This document shows positions 40,009 to 49,186 of a stretch of DNA of 63,238 nt, piece by piece. Numbering within the stretch: the first letter of the stretch is position 1; the number at the start of each line of letters is the position of its first letter. The translations under genes and the position numbers were made by a program. The notes beneath the pieces are model-generated. The model made no database searches, was not told the DNA's origin, and was given only the letters and a program-made list of their open reading frames with translations. Source of the stretch: Pseudomonadota bacterium (lineage in GTDB: Bacteria > Pseudomonadota > Alphaproteobacteria > Rhizobiales > CBDHHC01); contig JBCCCO010000006.1 of assembly GCA_039033475.1 (NCBI GenBank), positions 1 to 63,238 of the forward strand, written 5' to 3'.

Positions 40009-40602
40009 TTAGTGCGGGCGTGATGTCCTTGATGGCGATGGAATGTTTTGAAATGAAAATGGCACAAAACGATCTTGCTCTTGTTGCGCGCCTTTTTTGT
40101 GGAAATTTTCATCGATTTCACCTTCTGGAATACCATCATCAAACATTTTTTCAATATGTTGCAATTGGGATGTAAACTGCAAAAATCGTTCATGCATATA
40201 GTCTGCAAAATGTTCGGCGATACCCAGGTCTTGAGCCATAACTTTTTGCAAAACATCATAAGAAATTTGCAGAGCTTTTAGTTCAGCGCGAGAGATGATT
40301 GTTGAGCCATATTCCGCATGCATTAGCATTGCCATTTCACCAATAAACGTTCCGGGTCCTAAAATTTCTGATTGTTGACTTAGGATAGGGCCATCCACAA
40401 GCTGAGCTGAGCCAGATATTATCAAAAAGCCTTTGTTTCCAAACTCATTTTTACGGATAATTGATTGTTCGGGGTGGAATATTATTTTCTCGCTACTCAT
40501 AACAATGGCTTTAAGTTGCATAGAACTTAGTCCTTTGAAACTTGGAACATTGCCTAATAGTTCAACAAAATAATCAAGCGACATCTCGATTTTTCCTTGC
40601 AT
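40009..40602 (-). CDS. Cyclic-nucleotide-binding domain protein
   Basis: VPSFKGLS, FLIISGSA, LGPGTFIGEMAML. Confidence 0.85.
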   Translation of the reverse strand: MQGKIEMSLDYFVELLGNVPSFKGLSSMQLKAIVMSSEKIIFHPEQSIIRKNEFGNKGFLIISGSAQLVDGPILSQQSEILGPGTFIGEMAMLMHAEYGSTIISRAELKALQISYDVLQKVMAQDLGIAEHFADYMHERFLQFTSQLQHIEKMFDDGIPEGEIDENFHKKGAQQEQDRFVPFSFQNIPSPSRTSRPH

Positions 40603-40630
40603 AATTTTATCAGATCAAATGACGGACATC

Positions 40631-40735
40631 TATAACATGTCAATTTCGGCTACGCCTCATCTGACAAGCTGTAGTCTTTTTAAAACGAGCAATTTTACAA
40701 CCTGAATTGAATTCAATTCAGGTCGAATCGCTCTA
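40631..40735. repeat. Family-A element, copy 6 (leader of the cNMP gene)
   Basis: Full-length copy. Confidence 0.93.
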
Positions 40736-40880
40736 ATCTGAATTGCTCTTGGCAACACGATAAACGCAATTACGAGAAAGAGTTGCTGTAATTCATTTTA
40801 AAAGGTGAAACGTTACAACAGGTCTCTGCCACATTTATGGAAAGAGACTATAGTGATTCGGATCAAGATAGTGCGTTAGG

Positions 40881-40896
40881 TTAAAAAAATATTAAC
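40881..40896. promoter_or_regulatory. CtrA box
   Basis: (GG)TTAA-AAAAATA-TTAAC exact consensus upstream of the cNMP gene. Confidence 0.6.
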
Positions 40897-41037
40897 TCTA
40901 TTCATTTTTATCACAGTAGTGCCAAGTCACTTTGCTTTTGACCTATATTTCAGTTCGGAGATATACAGCTATTTTTTATTTGCATTCAAACGCCACATAG
41001 GCTTTACGCAATGAAGGGTGGCGCGCAGTCGTGCTTG

Positions 41038-41075
41038 CCAAATAACATTATTGAGTGCCTAATAATGTTATTTGG
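41038..41075 (-). terminator. 15-bp perfect inverted repeat downstream of the response regulator
   Basis: CCAAATAACATTATT-N8-AATAATGTTATTTGG; no U-tail. Confidence 0.4.
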
Positions 41076-41084
41076 TATAAATTA

Positions 41085-41771
41085 TCATGGGATGAGTTTA
41101 TAGCCTCCGGTTTCTGTAATCAAAAGTTCGGCCTGGGATGGGTCTCGTTCGATCTTTTGGCGCAAACGATAAATGTGTGTTTCCAGGGTGTGGGTTGTCA
41201 CGCCTGCATTATAGCCCCAGACCTCATGCAATAGGACATCTCGGCTAACAACTTTTTCTCCGGTGCGGTATAGATATTTCAGAATAGATGTTTCTTTCTC
41301 GGTGAGGCGGATTTTTTGTCCCTCTTGATCTATTAGAGCTTTGCTAGACGGTTTAAAGCTATATTGTCCTATTGTAAAAACCGCATCTTCACTTTGCTCG
41401 TGTTGTCTTAATTGCGCGCGTAAGCGTGCGAGCAGAACAGCAAAGCGAAAGGGTTTTGTTACATAGTCATTCGCCCCTGAATCCAAACCTAAAATCATAT
41501 CGGCATCAGAATCTTGCGCTGTAAGCATAATAACAGGGCCGGAGTATCCATTTTTGCGTAGCACTTTGCAGGTCTCCCGCCCGTCCATATCTGGCAAACC
41601 CACATCTAACAAGATCAGATCAATATGCTCTGATTTTGCGATTTCAATGCCCTTTGAGGCTGTTTCTGCCGATCGTACGTCAAACTCTTGATGCAGAGCC
41701 AGTTGGTCGGCCAGAGAGTTTCTTAAATCATCATCATCATCAACGGTTAGGATAATGCGTTTTGTGCTCAT
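41085..41771 (-). CDS. OmpR-family response regulator
   Basis: LLDVGLPDMDG, GANDYVTKPF, winged helix LETHIYRLRQKIE. Confidence 0.95.
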   Translation of the reverse strand: MSTKRIILTVDDDDDLRNSLADQLALHQEFDVRSAETASKGIEIAKSEHIDLILLDVGLPDMDGRETCKVLRKNGYSGPVIMLTAQDSDADMILGLDSGANDYVTKPFRFAVLLARLRAQLRQHEQSEDAVFTIGQYSFKPSSKALIDQEGQKIRLTEKETSILKYLYRTGEKVVSRDVLLHEVWGYNAGVTTHTLETHIYRLRQKIERDPSQAELLITETGGYKLIP

Positions 41772-41917
41772 GGATGGCTCCAGAAATTTTTTTAGATTAT
41801 TTTGGACTGAATTCTATTGAAAGTGATTTTCACATTTTCCTATTACATGATATTTACATTATATCTGAGTATATAATAGCGCATTCAAAAAATATTTTGT
41901 ATACGGTGAAATGGTTA

Positions 41918-42436
41918 ATGATCTTTTTTGTTAAACCTGCTGCCAAACCTTTTTCTCATGGTCACTTTTTGATAGGCCCTCGGCGGTTGTCTTGCGCTTT
42001 GGGCCAGCATCGCTTAACAGCACTTAAATTTGAGGGTGATGGGGCGACCCCAATTGGGACATGGGCTTTGCATTATGTGATGTATCGGCCTGATCGAGAA
42101 CGCCGGCCTGAGACTCTGCTGCCAATACGGGCGATACGTCCTAAAGACGGCTGGTGCGATACGCCTGATGATCCCAATTACAATCGCAAAGTTGTGCTTC
42201 CCTACCCCGCGCGCGCGGAGCGTTTGTGGCGGGAGGACGCACTTTATGATATTGTTGTTGTGCTAAGTCACAACGTGAGGCCTCGCATACGCAATGGGGG
42301 CAGTGCCATTTTTATGCATGTAGCAAAGCCCGGTTATTTGCCAACAGAGGGCTGTATTGCGCTGAGAAAGCCGCATTTGAGGTATCTATTGAAACATTCA
42401 AAGCCCGGCAGTATCGTGAAAGTGCTTGCAAATTAA
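41918..42436 (+). CDS. L,D-transpeptidase (YkuD) family protein
   Basis: EGDGATPIG, GWCD.PDDP.YN, GSAIFMH...PTEGCIAL; start at the internal Met. Confidence 0.88.
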   Translation: MIFFVKPAAKPFSHGHFLIGPRRLSCALGQHRLTALKFEGDGATPIGTWALHYVMYRPDRERRPETLLPIRAIRPKDGWCDTPDDPNYNRKVVLPYPARAERLWREDALYDIVVVLSHNVRPRIRNGGSAIFMHVAKPGYLPTEGCIALRKPHLRYLLKHSKPGSIVKVLAN

Positions 42437-42732
42437 CCGATTTCAGCAAATATCTGATCCATCCTTTGTGCCATCTGAATGTCCAGGTCAGATAGGCCAC
42501 CACAGTCATGTGTGGTGAGTGTGACTTCAACCTTGTTCCAGACATTAAACCATCCTGGATGGTGGTCCATTTTTTCTGCAACGAGTGCAAGACGAGTCAT
42601 CCACCCAAAAGCCTGATTGAAATCTTGAAACTTATAGGTCTTCGTTATGGCTTCTCTGTTATCAAGCATGCTCCAACCATTTAATTGACCTAGAGCTTGT
42701 GTTTTTGCTTCTTCTGCTAATTTAGTTGGCAT
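42433..42732 (-). CDS. phhB: Pterin-4a-carbinolamine dehydratase
   Basis: AEKMDHHP.W.NVWNKV...THD.GGLS..D. Confidence 0.92.
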   Translation of the reverse strand: MPTKLAEEAKTQALGQLNGWSMLDNREAITKTYKFQDFNQAFGWMTRLALVAEKMDHHPGWFNVWNKVEVTLTTHDCGGLSDLDIQMAQRMDQIFAEIG

Positions 42733-42745
42733 GTTGTGTCCTTCT

Positions 42746-42908
42746 TATAGTGCATACGATATGAAATGGTCTTAATAAAACCAACGGCTGTCATCCCATT
42801 TGAAAGCGTGGATCTCTTTGCAATTTTCCTGAGATTCCAGCTTTCGCTGGAATGACAGAATGAGAGTGTCTTGGTAAAAGCAAACCATTTCAAATTAGAC
42901 CAACTATA
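42746..42908. repeat. Composite element B3: REP-like dimer (42789-42857) in a conserved shell
   Basis: TATAGTGCATACGATATGAAATGGT...TGTCATCC...GAGATTCCAGCTTTCGCTGGAATGACA...ACCATTTCAAATTAGACCAACTATA. Confidence 0.88.
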
Positions 42909-42919
42909 TATGTTCGATA

Positions 42920-43960
42920 TTATGGGCAAGGGTTCGAGTAGAGAGCGTGTACGTTTTCTATTTCACGTAATACATCTTCAGAGAGTGAGATTTTGCTTGA
43001 GCCAATATTTGTTTTGAGTTGCTCCATTGTGGTGGCCCCAATGATATTTGAGGTCACAAAGGGACGAGAGGTTACAAACTCTAGAGCCATTTGCGAAGGA
43101 TCGAGATTATGCTCTTTGGCAATATTCAGATACGCGGTTATCGCAGAATTTGCATTTTGCGTTTCATATCTGCCCAGCCTTTGAAATAAAGCTTTACGTG
43201 ATTTTTCTGGTAAGGCACCATCTTGGTATTTCCCCGTTAAATAGCCTTGGGCCAATGGAGAGTAGGCCAGCAAACCCACTTGTTCGCGATGCGCTATTTC
43301 TGAAAGCCCGATTTCAAAACTTCGATTTAGCAGGTTGTATGCGTTTTGAATGGATGCCACTCGAGATAAGTTTTTTTGCTCGGAGGCAGATAGAAACGTC
43401 ATGGTGCCCCAAGGGGTTTCGTTGGAAATTCCAATATGCCTGACTTTGCCGGATTGGACCAACTCACTTAGAACGTCTAATGTTTCTTCTATGGGGTGAA
43501 AATCTCCGTCATAGGATTGATATTCAAGACCGCTAAAAATGCGCATTGGCCGATCTGGCCAATGGATTTGGTAAAGATCGATATAGTCTGTTTTTAAGCG
43601 AGAGAGGGATCCGTCAATGGCTTCAAAGATTTGCTCGCGGCTGAGTTCACCGTGTGCACTATTTTCACGGAAATGCGTCATTTGAGATCTACCAATGACT
43701 TTTGTGGCCAAAATAACCTTGTCTCTGTTGTTGCGGGACTGAAACCAGCTGCCAATGATCTCTTCAGTGCGGCCTTGTGTTTGTGGTTTGGGGGGAATGG
43801 GATATAGTTCGGCGGTGTCAAAAAAATTAATGCCTTGGTTCAGCGCATAATCCATTTGCTCGTGGCCTTCGGCTTCGGTGTTTTGTTCACCCCATGTCAT
43901 TGTGCCGAGACAAAGGGCGCTGACTTTAATGCCTGTTCGTCCAAGTTCCCTATATTCCAT
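42920..43960 (-). CDS. tas: NADP(H)-dependent aldo-keto reductase (Tas-like)
   Basis: LGTMTWGEQNTEAE, DTAELYPIPP, YIDLYQIHWP, SNETPWG. Confidence 0.88.
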   Translation of the reverse strand: MEYRELGRTGIKVSALCLGTMTWGEQNTEAEGHEQMDYALNQGINFFDTAELYPIPPKPQTQGRTEEIIGSWFQSRNNRDKVILATKVIGRSQMTHFRENSAHGELSREQIFEAIDGSLSRLKTDYIDLYQIHWPDRPMRIFSGLEYQSYDGDFHPIEETLDVLSELVQSGKVRHIGISNETPWGTMTFLSASEQKNLSRVASIQNAYNLLNRSFEIGLSEIAHREQVGLLAYSPLAQGYLTGKYQDGALPEKSRKALFQRLGRYETQNANSAITAYLNIAKEHNLDPSQMALEFVTSRPFVTSNIIGATTMEQLKTNIGSSKISLSEDVLREIENVHALYSNPCP

Positions 43961-43976
43961 GATATATTTTGTATCC

Positions 43977-44627
43977 TTATTTATTTTGCTGAACTTTTTT
44001 CAATAACATCTCTACGGTTGGTAAAATGCGTTCGACAACGATTTCGACACCTTTGGCATTCGGGTGCAACCCATCTGGCAAATTATATTCTGGCTTAAGA
44101 GCAATACCATCAAGGAAATATGGATAAAGCAGCACGTTATGTTTTTTTGCCAAATCCGGATACATTTGAGCGAAGGCATTTGCATACTCAGGGCCGTAAC
44201 TTTGCGGAGTGTGCATCCCGGCAAGCAGAATTTCGACGTTTTTCGCTTTGAGCTTTTGTAATAGTGTATCTAACGTTTGAAAGGTTTGTTTTGGATCAAT
44301 TCCGCGCAACGCGTCATTGGCTCCAAGTTCAACAATAACAGCATCTGTGTTTTTTGGAACGGCCCAATCGAGCCGAGCAAGACCTGCGGCGGCAGTGTCT
44401 CCAGAGACGCCTGCATTTTGAACTGTGACCTTGTAGCCCTTTGCTTGTAGAGCTTTTTCCAGTTGCTTGGGAAAGGCTTTTTCTTTTGGCAACTCATAAC
44501 CGGCAACCAGGCTATCCCCTAGCGCCACTATGGAAATAGGCTGTTGTGAATGAGCGTTCTGCGCTAGAAAAACCTGAGTGCTGTACAAGAAAATTAAGAC
44601 AATGAAACTTAAAATCGAATTTTTCAA
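43977..44627 (-). CDS. tesA: SGNH arylesterase/thioesterase (TesA-like)
   Basis: GDSL, GVSGDT, ELGAND, DGLHP; divergent from ybbAP. Confidence 0.88.
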   Translation of the reverse strand: MKNSILSFIVLIFLYSTQVFLAQNAHSQQPISIVALGDSLVAGYELPKEKAFPKQLEKALQAKGYKVTVQNAGVSGDTAAAGLARLDWAVPKNTDAVIVELGANDALRGIDPKQTFQTLDTLLQKLKAKNVEILLAGMHTPQSYGPEYANAFAQMYPDLAKKHNVLLYPYFLDGIALKPEYNLPDGLHPNAKGVEIVVERILPTVEMLLKKVQQNK

Positions 44628-44718
44628 TCTGGATCCTGATAGATTTCGTTATTAGATATGGTTATAGAATAGTCTGCAAAACAAGATCATGAGATAATAC
44701 AGTCAAAACATCCAACGG

Positions 44719-44819
44719 CGTCATCCCGGCCAAGTGCATAACAATGCGCGCGAGCCGGGATCTCTGGAACTTTCAACGTATTGATACTTAGAGAGATTCC
44801 CGCTTTCGCGGGAATGACG
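44719..44819. repeat. CGTC-tagged REP-like heterodimer
   Basis: CGTCATCCCGGCCAAG..GCGCGCGAGCCGGGATCTC + GAGATTCCCGCTTTCGCGGGAATGACG. Confidence 0.88.
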
Positions 44820-44932
44820 AAGGAGATGCTTCGATGTTTTTGTCATGGGTTTGTCTTGTGTAATCTTGTTACATTTATACATATAACTTAAAACATAACA
44901 GCACAATTGCAAGAACCCGGAACATAAAGTCT

Positions 44933-45658
44933 ATGTTAAAATCTCCTTCCCTTGATGCGGCGGTTATTTCGCTGCAAGATGTCAATGTTACACTTTCAAG
45001 CCTAGCTGGCGCTGTCGATATTCTCAAAAGCATTACTCTTGATGTTCATGAAGGTGAATCTTTGAGTATAACAGGGCCCAGCGGCTCTGGAAAAACAACT
45101 TTACTGATGGTAATGGCCGGGTTAGAGCGCATAACATCTGGTGTAATTCGTGTTTGCGATGCAGAGCTAACCACCTTAAATGAAGACCAGCTGGCGCTGT
45201 TAAGAGGCCAGAATATTGGAATTGTATTTCAGTCGTTTCATCTTGTTCCCACCATGACCGCTCTTGAAAATGTGATGCTGCCGCTTGAATTTCTTGACCG
45301 AAAGGACAGCCTAGAGCAAGCCCGGGAAGCTTTAGCAAAAGTGCAGCTTTCTCATCGTCATGACCATTTTCCCGCGCAACTTTCAGGTGGGGAGCGACAA
45401 CGGGTGGCGTTGGCGCGTGCAATTGTGCCCAAACCTAAGCTGCTGCTTGCAGATGAGCCTACCGGCAATCTTGATGGGGCGACAGGACAGCAAATTATAG
45501 ATCTGATGTTTGATTTACATGGCAGCCAAGGCTCAACGCTGGTGCTGATTACGCACGATACAAAATTGGCCTCGTTGTGCCAGCGACAAATTCAGATAGA
45601 AGATGGGAGGTTTCAAGATATGGCACCTTTAGAGCCTGTTGATGAGGTGGGCCTTTGA
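44933..45658 (+). CDS. ABC transporter ATP-binding protein (YbbA-like)
   Basis: GPSGSGKT, LSGGERQRVALAR, LLADEPTGNLD. Confidence 0.95.
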   Translation: MLKSPSLDAAVISLQDVNVTLSSLAGAVDILKSITLDVHEGESLSITGPSGSGKTTLLMVMAGLERITSGVIRVCDAELTTLNEDQLALLRGQNIGIVFQSFHLVPTMTALENVMLPLEFLDRKDSLEQAREALAKVQLSHRHDHFPAQLSGGERQRVALARAIVPKPKLLLADEPTGNLDGATGQQIIDLMFDLHGSQGSTLVLITHDTKLASLCQRQIQIEDGRFQDMAPLEPVDEVGL

Positions 45659-48216
45659 TGAGACAACAAGCAAGACAGCCTTTCTCAGGCCTTCACATTG
45701 GATCTTACCTCCTGAGTTGGAAAATTGCCTTAAGAGAATTGCGCGGGGGCCTTAGAGGATTTTATGTTTTTGTAGCCTGCATTGCCCTTGGTGTTGCCGC
45801 TATTGCTGCTGTTGGCTCGCTGACCCGCAGTTTAAATGACAGCATTGCCAATCAAGGCCAGGTGCTATTGGGGGGCGATGTTGCCTTAAGCCGCGTGCAT
45901 CAACGAGCAAGCCCTGAAGAACGTCAAGAACTGAAGACTTTTGGAGCCACTAGTGAAATTGCCACGTTGCGCTCTATGGCACGACTAACAGATCGCTCGG
46001 CACAAACTCTTATTGAAATTAAAGCGGTTGACCAAATTTATCCGCTTTATGGTGCGCTGAGGACGGACCAAAATATAACTCTGCCGTTGCCTGTTATGAC
46101 AGCGCTGGTCGATACTATTTTATTGCAACGCCTTGGTCTTAAACCGGGAGATCAAGTGCGCATTGGCACAGGCATTGTCACCCTGTTGGGAACACTTCAA
46201 AATGAACCTGATCGATTATCCAGCCGCAATGTGTTTGGTCCGCGCGTTTTGATGTCTTTGGCCACTCTTGACGCTCTTGGTTTGATACAACCTGGCAGCC
46301 TTATTCGTTGGCGTTATCGCATTCAATTTAAAGATCAAAATGCCAATCTTACAGGCATGACCTCGCGCATTGAGAATGAATTTCGCAGCAAAGGTTTTCT
46401 GGTTCGCAACCGCTCTAATCCAGCCTCTGGTGTCAGCCAGGGAATCTCGCGATTAGGTAAATTTTTGGTGCTGGTTGGCTTGACAGCTCTGCTTATTGGA
46501 GGTGTTGGTGTGGCCAATTCAGTGCATGCGTTTGTTGCGCAAAAGCGCAGTATTATTGCGACCTTCAAGTGTGTTGGTGGCACCAATCGCATGATCTTCC
46601 AGATTTATTTTGCGCAAGTTTTAATCATTGCTTTGATTGGCATTGCTGTAGGGCTTTTTCTTGGCGGCGTTTTGCCGGTGCTTCTACTTTCTTTTTATGC
46701 TTCTGCTTTACCCTTTGATTTGGTGTTAACACCTCAAATTTCAGAGCTTGTGGCAGCGAGCCTTTATGGGCTATTGGTGGCAATTTTGTTTATGCTATGG
46801 CCCCTGATGCGAACGCGAGATATTTCCGCGCAAAACCTGTTTCGTGATGATGTTTCTGGTGAAGCGGCAAGCATAACTTTGTTTGACCTGCTATCCCTTT
46901 TTGCTGTCGGATTGGTGTTGGCAGTCTTTACCGTTTTAAGCGCGGAATTGCCTTGGGTTGCATTTTATTTTTGCGCCGGGCTAAGTGCGCTGTTCTTATT
47001 ATTTATTGCCTATGGGTATGGTCTTAAAAAACTTGCAAGCTATTTGCCTCGCTATCGAACCCCTTCTTTTATGTTAGCCAGAGCAAATCTCGCCGGGCCG
47101 AATTCTCTTATTCGCACTATCGTCTTATCCCTTGGTTTGGGCTTAAGCCTGCTTGTTGCTCTTGGCTTGATTGATGCTTCTTTGCGGGCTCAATTGGAAT
47201 CTGGTTTGCCGCAAAAGGCACCTGATTATTTCTTTATTGATATCAAGCAAGACCAACTGGAGAGCTTTCGAGACAAAATTCAAGCCAGTGCCCCGCAAGC
47301 AAAACTTAATATTGCACCGATGTTGCGCGGCCGAATTGTGAGCTTAAATGGTATTCCCACAGAACAGATAGATGCCCCCAATGAGGCCAAATGGGTGTTG
47401 CGGGGGGATCGCGGTATTACCTATGACGATACCAAGCCGCCTGGCGCGAACCTGACGGAGGGCGCATGGTGGGACGAGAACCATCAAGGGGATAACCTGG
47501 TTTCTTTTGAAGCCAGCAGCGGTAAAGCACTTGGTTTGAAGATTGGTGATACCGTGAGTGTAAATATTCTTGGGCGGGATATTACGGCAAAAATTGCAAA
47601 TTTCCGGACCGTTAAATGGGAATCTTTCGCAATTAATTTTGTGATGATTTTTTCACCGAATGCTCTTGCTGGTGCCCCATTTAATATGCTGGCGACCTTG
47701 AAATTGGGTGAGAATACACCGCTGTCTCAAGAAGGCCAGTTTGTGCAAAACATTGCCCAAGGTTTTCCTAATATCACCACCATTCGTGTGCGTGATGCAC
47801 TTGAAGCGGTCAGTGGTATCTATGAGAGTATTTTGTTTGCTATTCGCATGGCTGGCTCAATTATGCTTATCGCAGGCACATTGGTGCTTGCCGGGGCCTT
47901 GGCGACAGCACACCGCAAACGCATTTATGATGCCGCAATTTTTAAAACTTTGGGGGCCACACGATACCGCATTGTTTCCTCTCATATGTTAGAGTACGGC
48001 ACCTTGGCATGTGCAACAGCGCTGCTCGCAATTGCGATGGGGAGCGTAACCGCATGGGCGATTGTTACGTTTGTGTTAGATTTGCCCTTCCACTTTTCGT
48101 TGGCAATAAGCATACAAACTGTTATATTTACGTGCGTTTTGGTAATATTACTCGGTGCATTTGGCACGTGGCGTACGCTGAGTATGAAAACAGCGTCTGC
48201 GTTAATTAAACACTAA
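45655..48216 (+). CDS. FtsX-family ABC permease (YbbP-like)
   Basis: RELRGG, LLGGD, APDYFFIDI; duplicated FtsX TM blocks. Confidence 0.92.
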   Translation: MMRQQARQPFSGLHIGSYLLSWKIALRELRGGLRGFYVFVACIALGVAAIAAVGSLTRSLNDSIANQGQVLLGGDVALSRVHQRASPEERQELKTFGATSEIATLRSMARLTDRSAQTLIEIKAVDQIYPLYGALRTDQNITLPLPVMTALVDTILLQRLGLKPGDQVRIGTGIVTLLGTLQNEPDRLSSRNVFGPRVLMSLATLDALGLIQPGSLIRWRYRIQFKDQNANLTGMTSRIENEFRSKGFLVRNRSNPASGVSQGISRLGKFLVLVGLTALLIGGVGVANSVHAFVAQKRSIIATFKCVGGTNRMIFQIYFAQVLIIALIGIAVGLFLGGVLPVLLLSFYASALPFDLVLTPQISELVAASLYGLLVAILFMLWPLMRTRDISAQNLFRDDVSGEAASITLFDLLSLFAVGLVLAVFTVLSAELPWVAFYFCAGLSALFLLFIAYGYGLKKLASYLPRYRTPSFMLARANLAGPNSLIRTIVLSLGLGLSLLVALGLIDASLRAQLESGLPQKAPDYFFIDIKQDQLESFRDKIQASAPQAKLNIAPMLRGRIVSLNGIPTEQIDAPNEAKWVLRGDRGITYDDTKPPGANLTEGAWWDENHQGDNLVSFEASSGKALGLKIGDTVSVNILGRDITAKIANFRTVKWESFAINFVMIFSPNALAGAPFNMLATLKLGENTPLSQEGQFVQNIAQGFPNITTIRVRDALEAVSGIYESILFAIRMAGSIMLIAGTLVLAGALATAHRKRIYDAAIFKTLGATRYRIVSSHMLEYGTLACATALLAIAMGSVTAWAIVTFVLDLPFHFSLAISIQTVIFTCVLVILLGAFGTWRTLSMKTASALIKH

Positions 48217-48259
48217 CCATAAGCATTCACGGTGTTTTGATAAAAACTCAAAAATATGC

Positions 48260-48288
48260 CTTGAAAATAAGGTATTTGGAACCATATC
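48260..48288 (+). promoter_or_regulatory. RpoH-type promoter
   Basis: CTTGAA-N16-CCATATC upstream of the YccA-family gene. Confidence 0.55.
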
Positions 48289-48355
48289 TGAGCTAGGTTT
48301 ATCTGCTCTTTCGTTAAGCTAACTTCAATTACGTATGAAAGGACATCAAGAGGAA

Positions 48356-49102
48356 ATGGCTGATTATAGACAAAACAGTATGTACAACACGCAAACAGGG
48401 GCTCGAACTGATGCCCATCTGATAGATGAGGGCTTACGCTCCTACATGCTTCGTGTTTACAATTATATGGCACTTGGCATCGCTTTTACAGCAGTTGTTA
48501 CCCTTGTTATGCTGAATTCTCCCGCGCTGATGCAAACCATTGCCATGGGACCTGCAAAGTGGGTTTTGTTTATTGCTATCCTGGGATTGGGTTTCTTTGC
48601 GCCGCGTTTGATTTTAACCGGTAATACCATGATGGCGCATGCTGCCTTTTGGACATATGCTGCGCTTTGGGGAACACTCATTTCTCCAATGATTTTGGCT
48701 TTCATTCAAGGTGGTAAGCCGGAGTTGATTTTTCAGGCACTAGCGATTACCTCGGCAACCTTCGCAGCGACGAGCCTGTTTGGATATACCACGAAAAAGG
48801 ATTTATCTGCTTACGGCACGTTTTTCATGATGGCAACAATTGGTTTGATCATTGCTATCGTTGTGAATATCTTTTTGCAAAGCACTCTCTTTAGCCTGAT
48901 TACGTCTTTTGCTGTGGTGTTACTGTTCTCGGCGATTACCGCTTATGAGACGCAAGAAATTAAGCAGTCTTATTATGCAGGTGATGATCAAAACACTGCG
49001 ACAGGCAAAGCTATTTTTGGTGCCTTCATTCTGTATGGCAGCTTCATTACTCTGTTCATTCATATCCTCAACATTTTGGGTATTATGGGTGGTGATGATT
49101 AA
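48356..49102 (+). CDS. Bax inhibitor-1/YccA family membrane protein
   Basis: DEGLRSYMLRVYNYM, GYTTKKDLS, 7 TM; AGAGGA RBS before MADY. Confidence 0.93.
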   Translation: MADYRQNSMYNTQTGARTDAHLIDEGLRSYMLRVYNYMALGIAFTAVVTLVMLNSPALMQTIAMGPAKWVLFIAILGLGFFAPRLILTGNTMMAHAAFWTYAALWGTLISPMILAFIQGGKPELIFQALAITSATFAATSLFGYTTKKDLSAYGTFFMMATIGLIIAIVVNIFLQSTLFSLITSFAVVLLFSAITAYETQEIKQSYYAGDDQNTATGKAIFGAFILYGSFITLFIHILNILGIMGGDD

Positions 49103-49140
49103 GTTATAAAAGACCTTTCAAACTCTTTTGAATTTTTTGG

Positions 49141-49166
49141 ACCGGGTATGGTGCTATACCCGGTTT
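49141..49166. terminator. Hairpin between convergent yccA and comM
   Basis: ACCGGGTAT-N6-ATACCCGGT followed by a T-rich tract. Confidence 0.65.
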
Positions 49167-49186
49167 AATTTTTTGAAGACTATTTT

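Noticed and set aside
6436-40735. Family-A repeats as a CRISPR array
   Set aside because: Copies are dispersed kilobases apart, with no spacer periodicity and no cas genes
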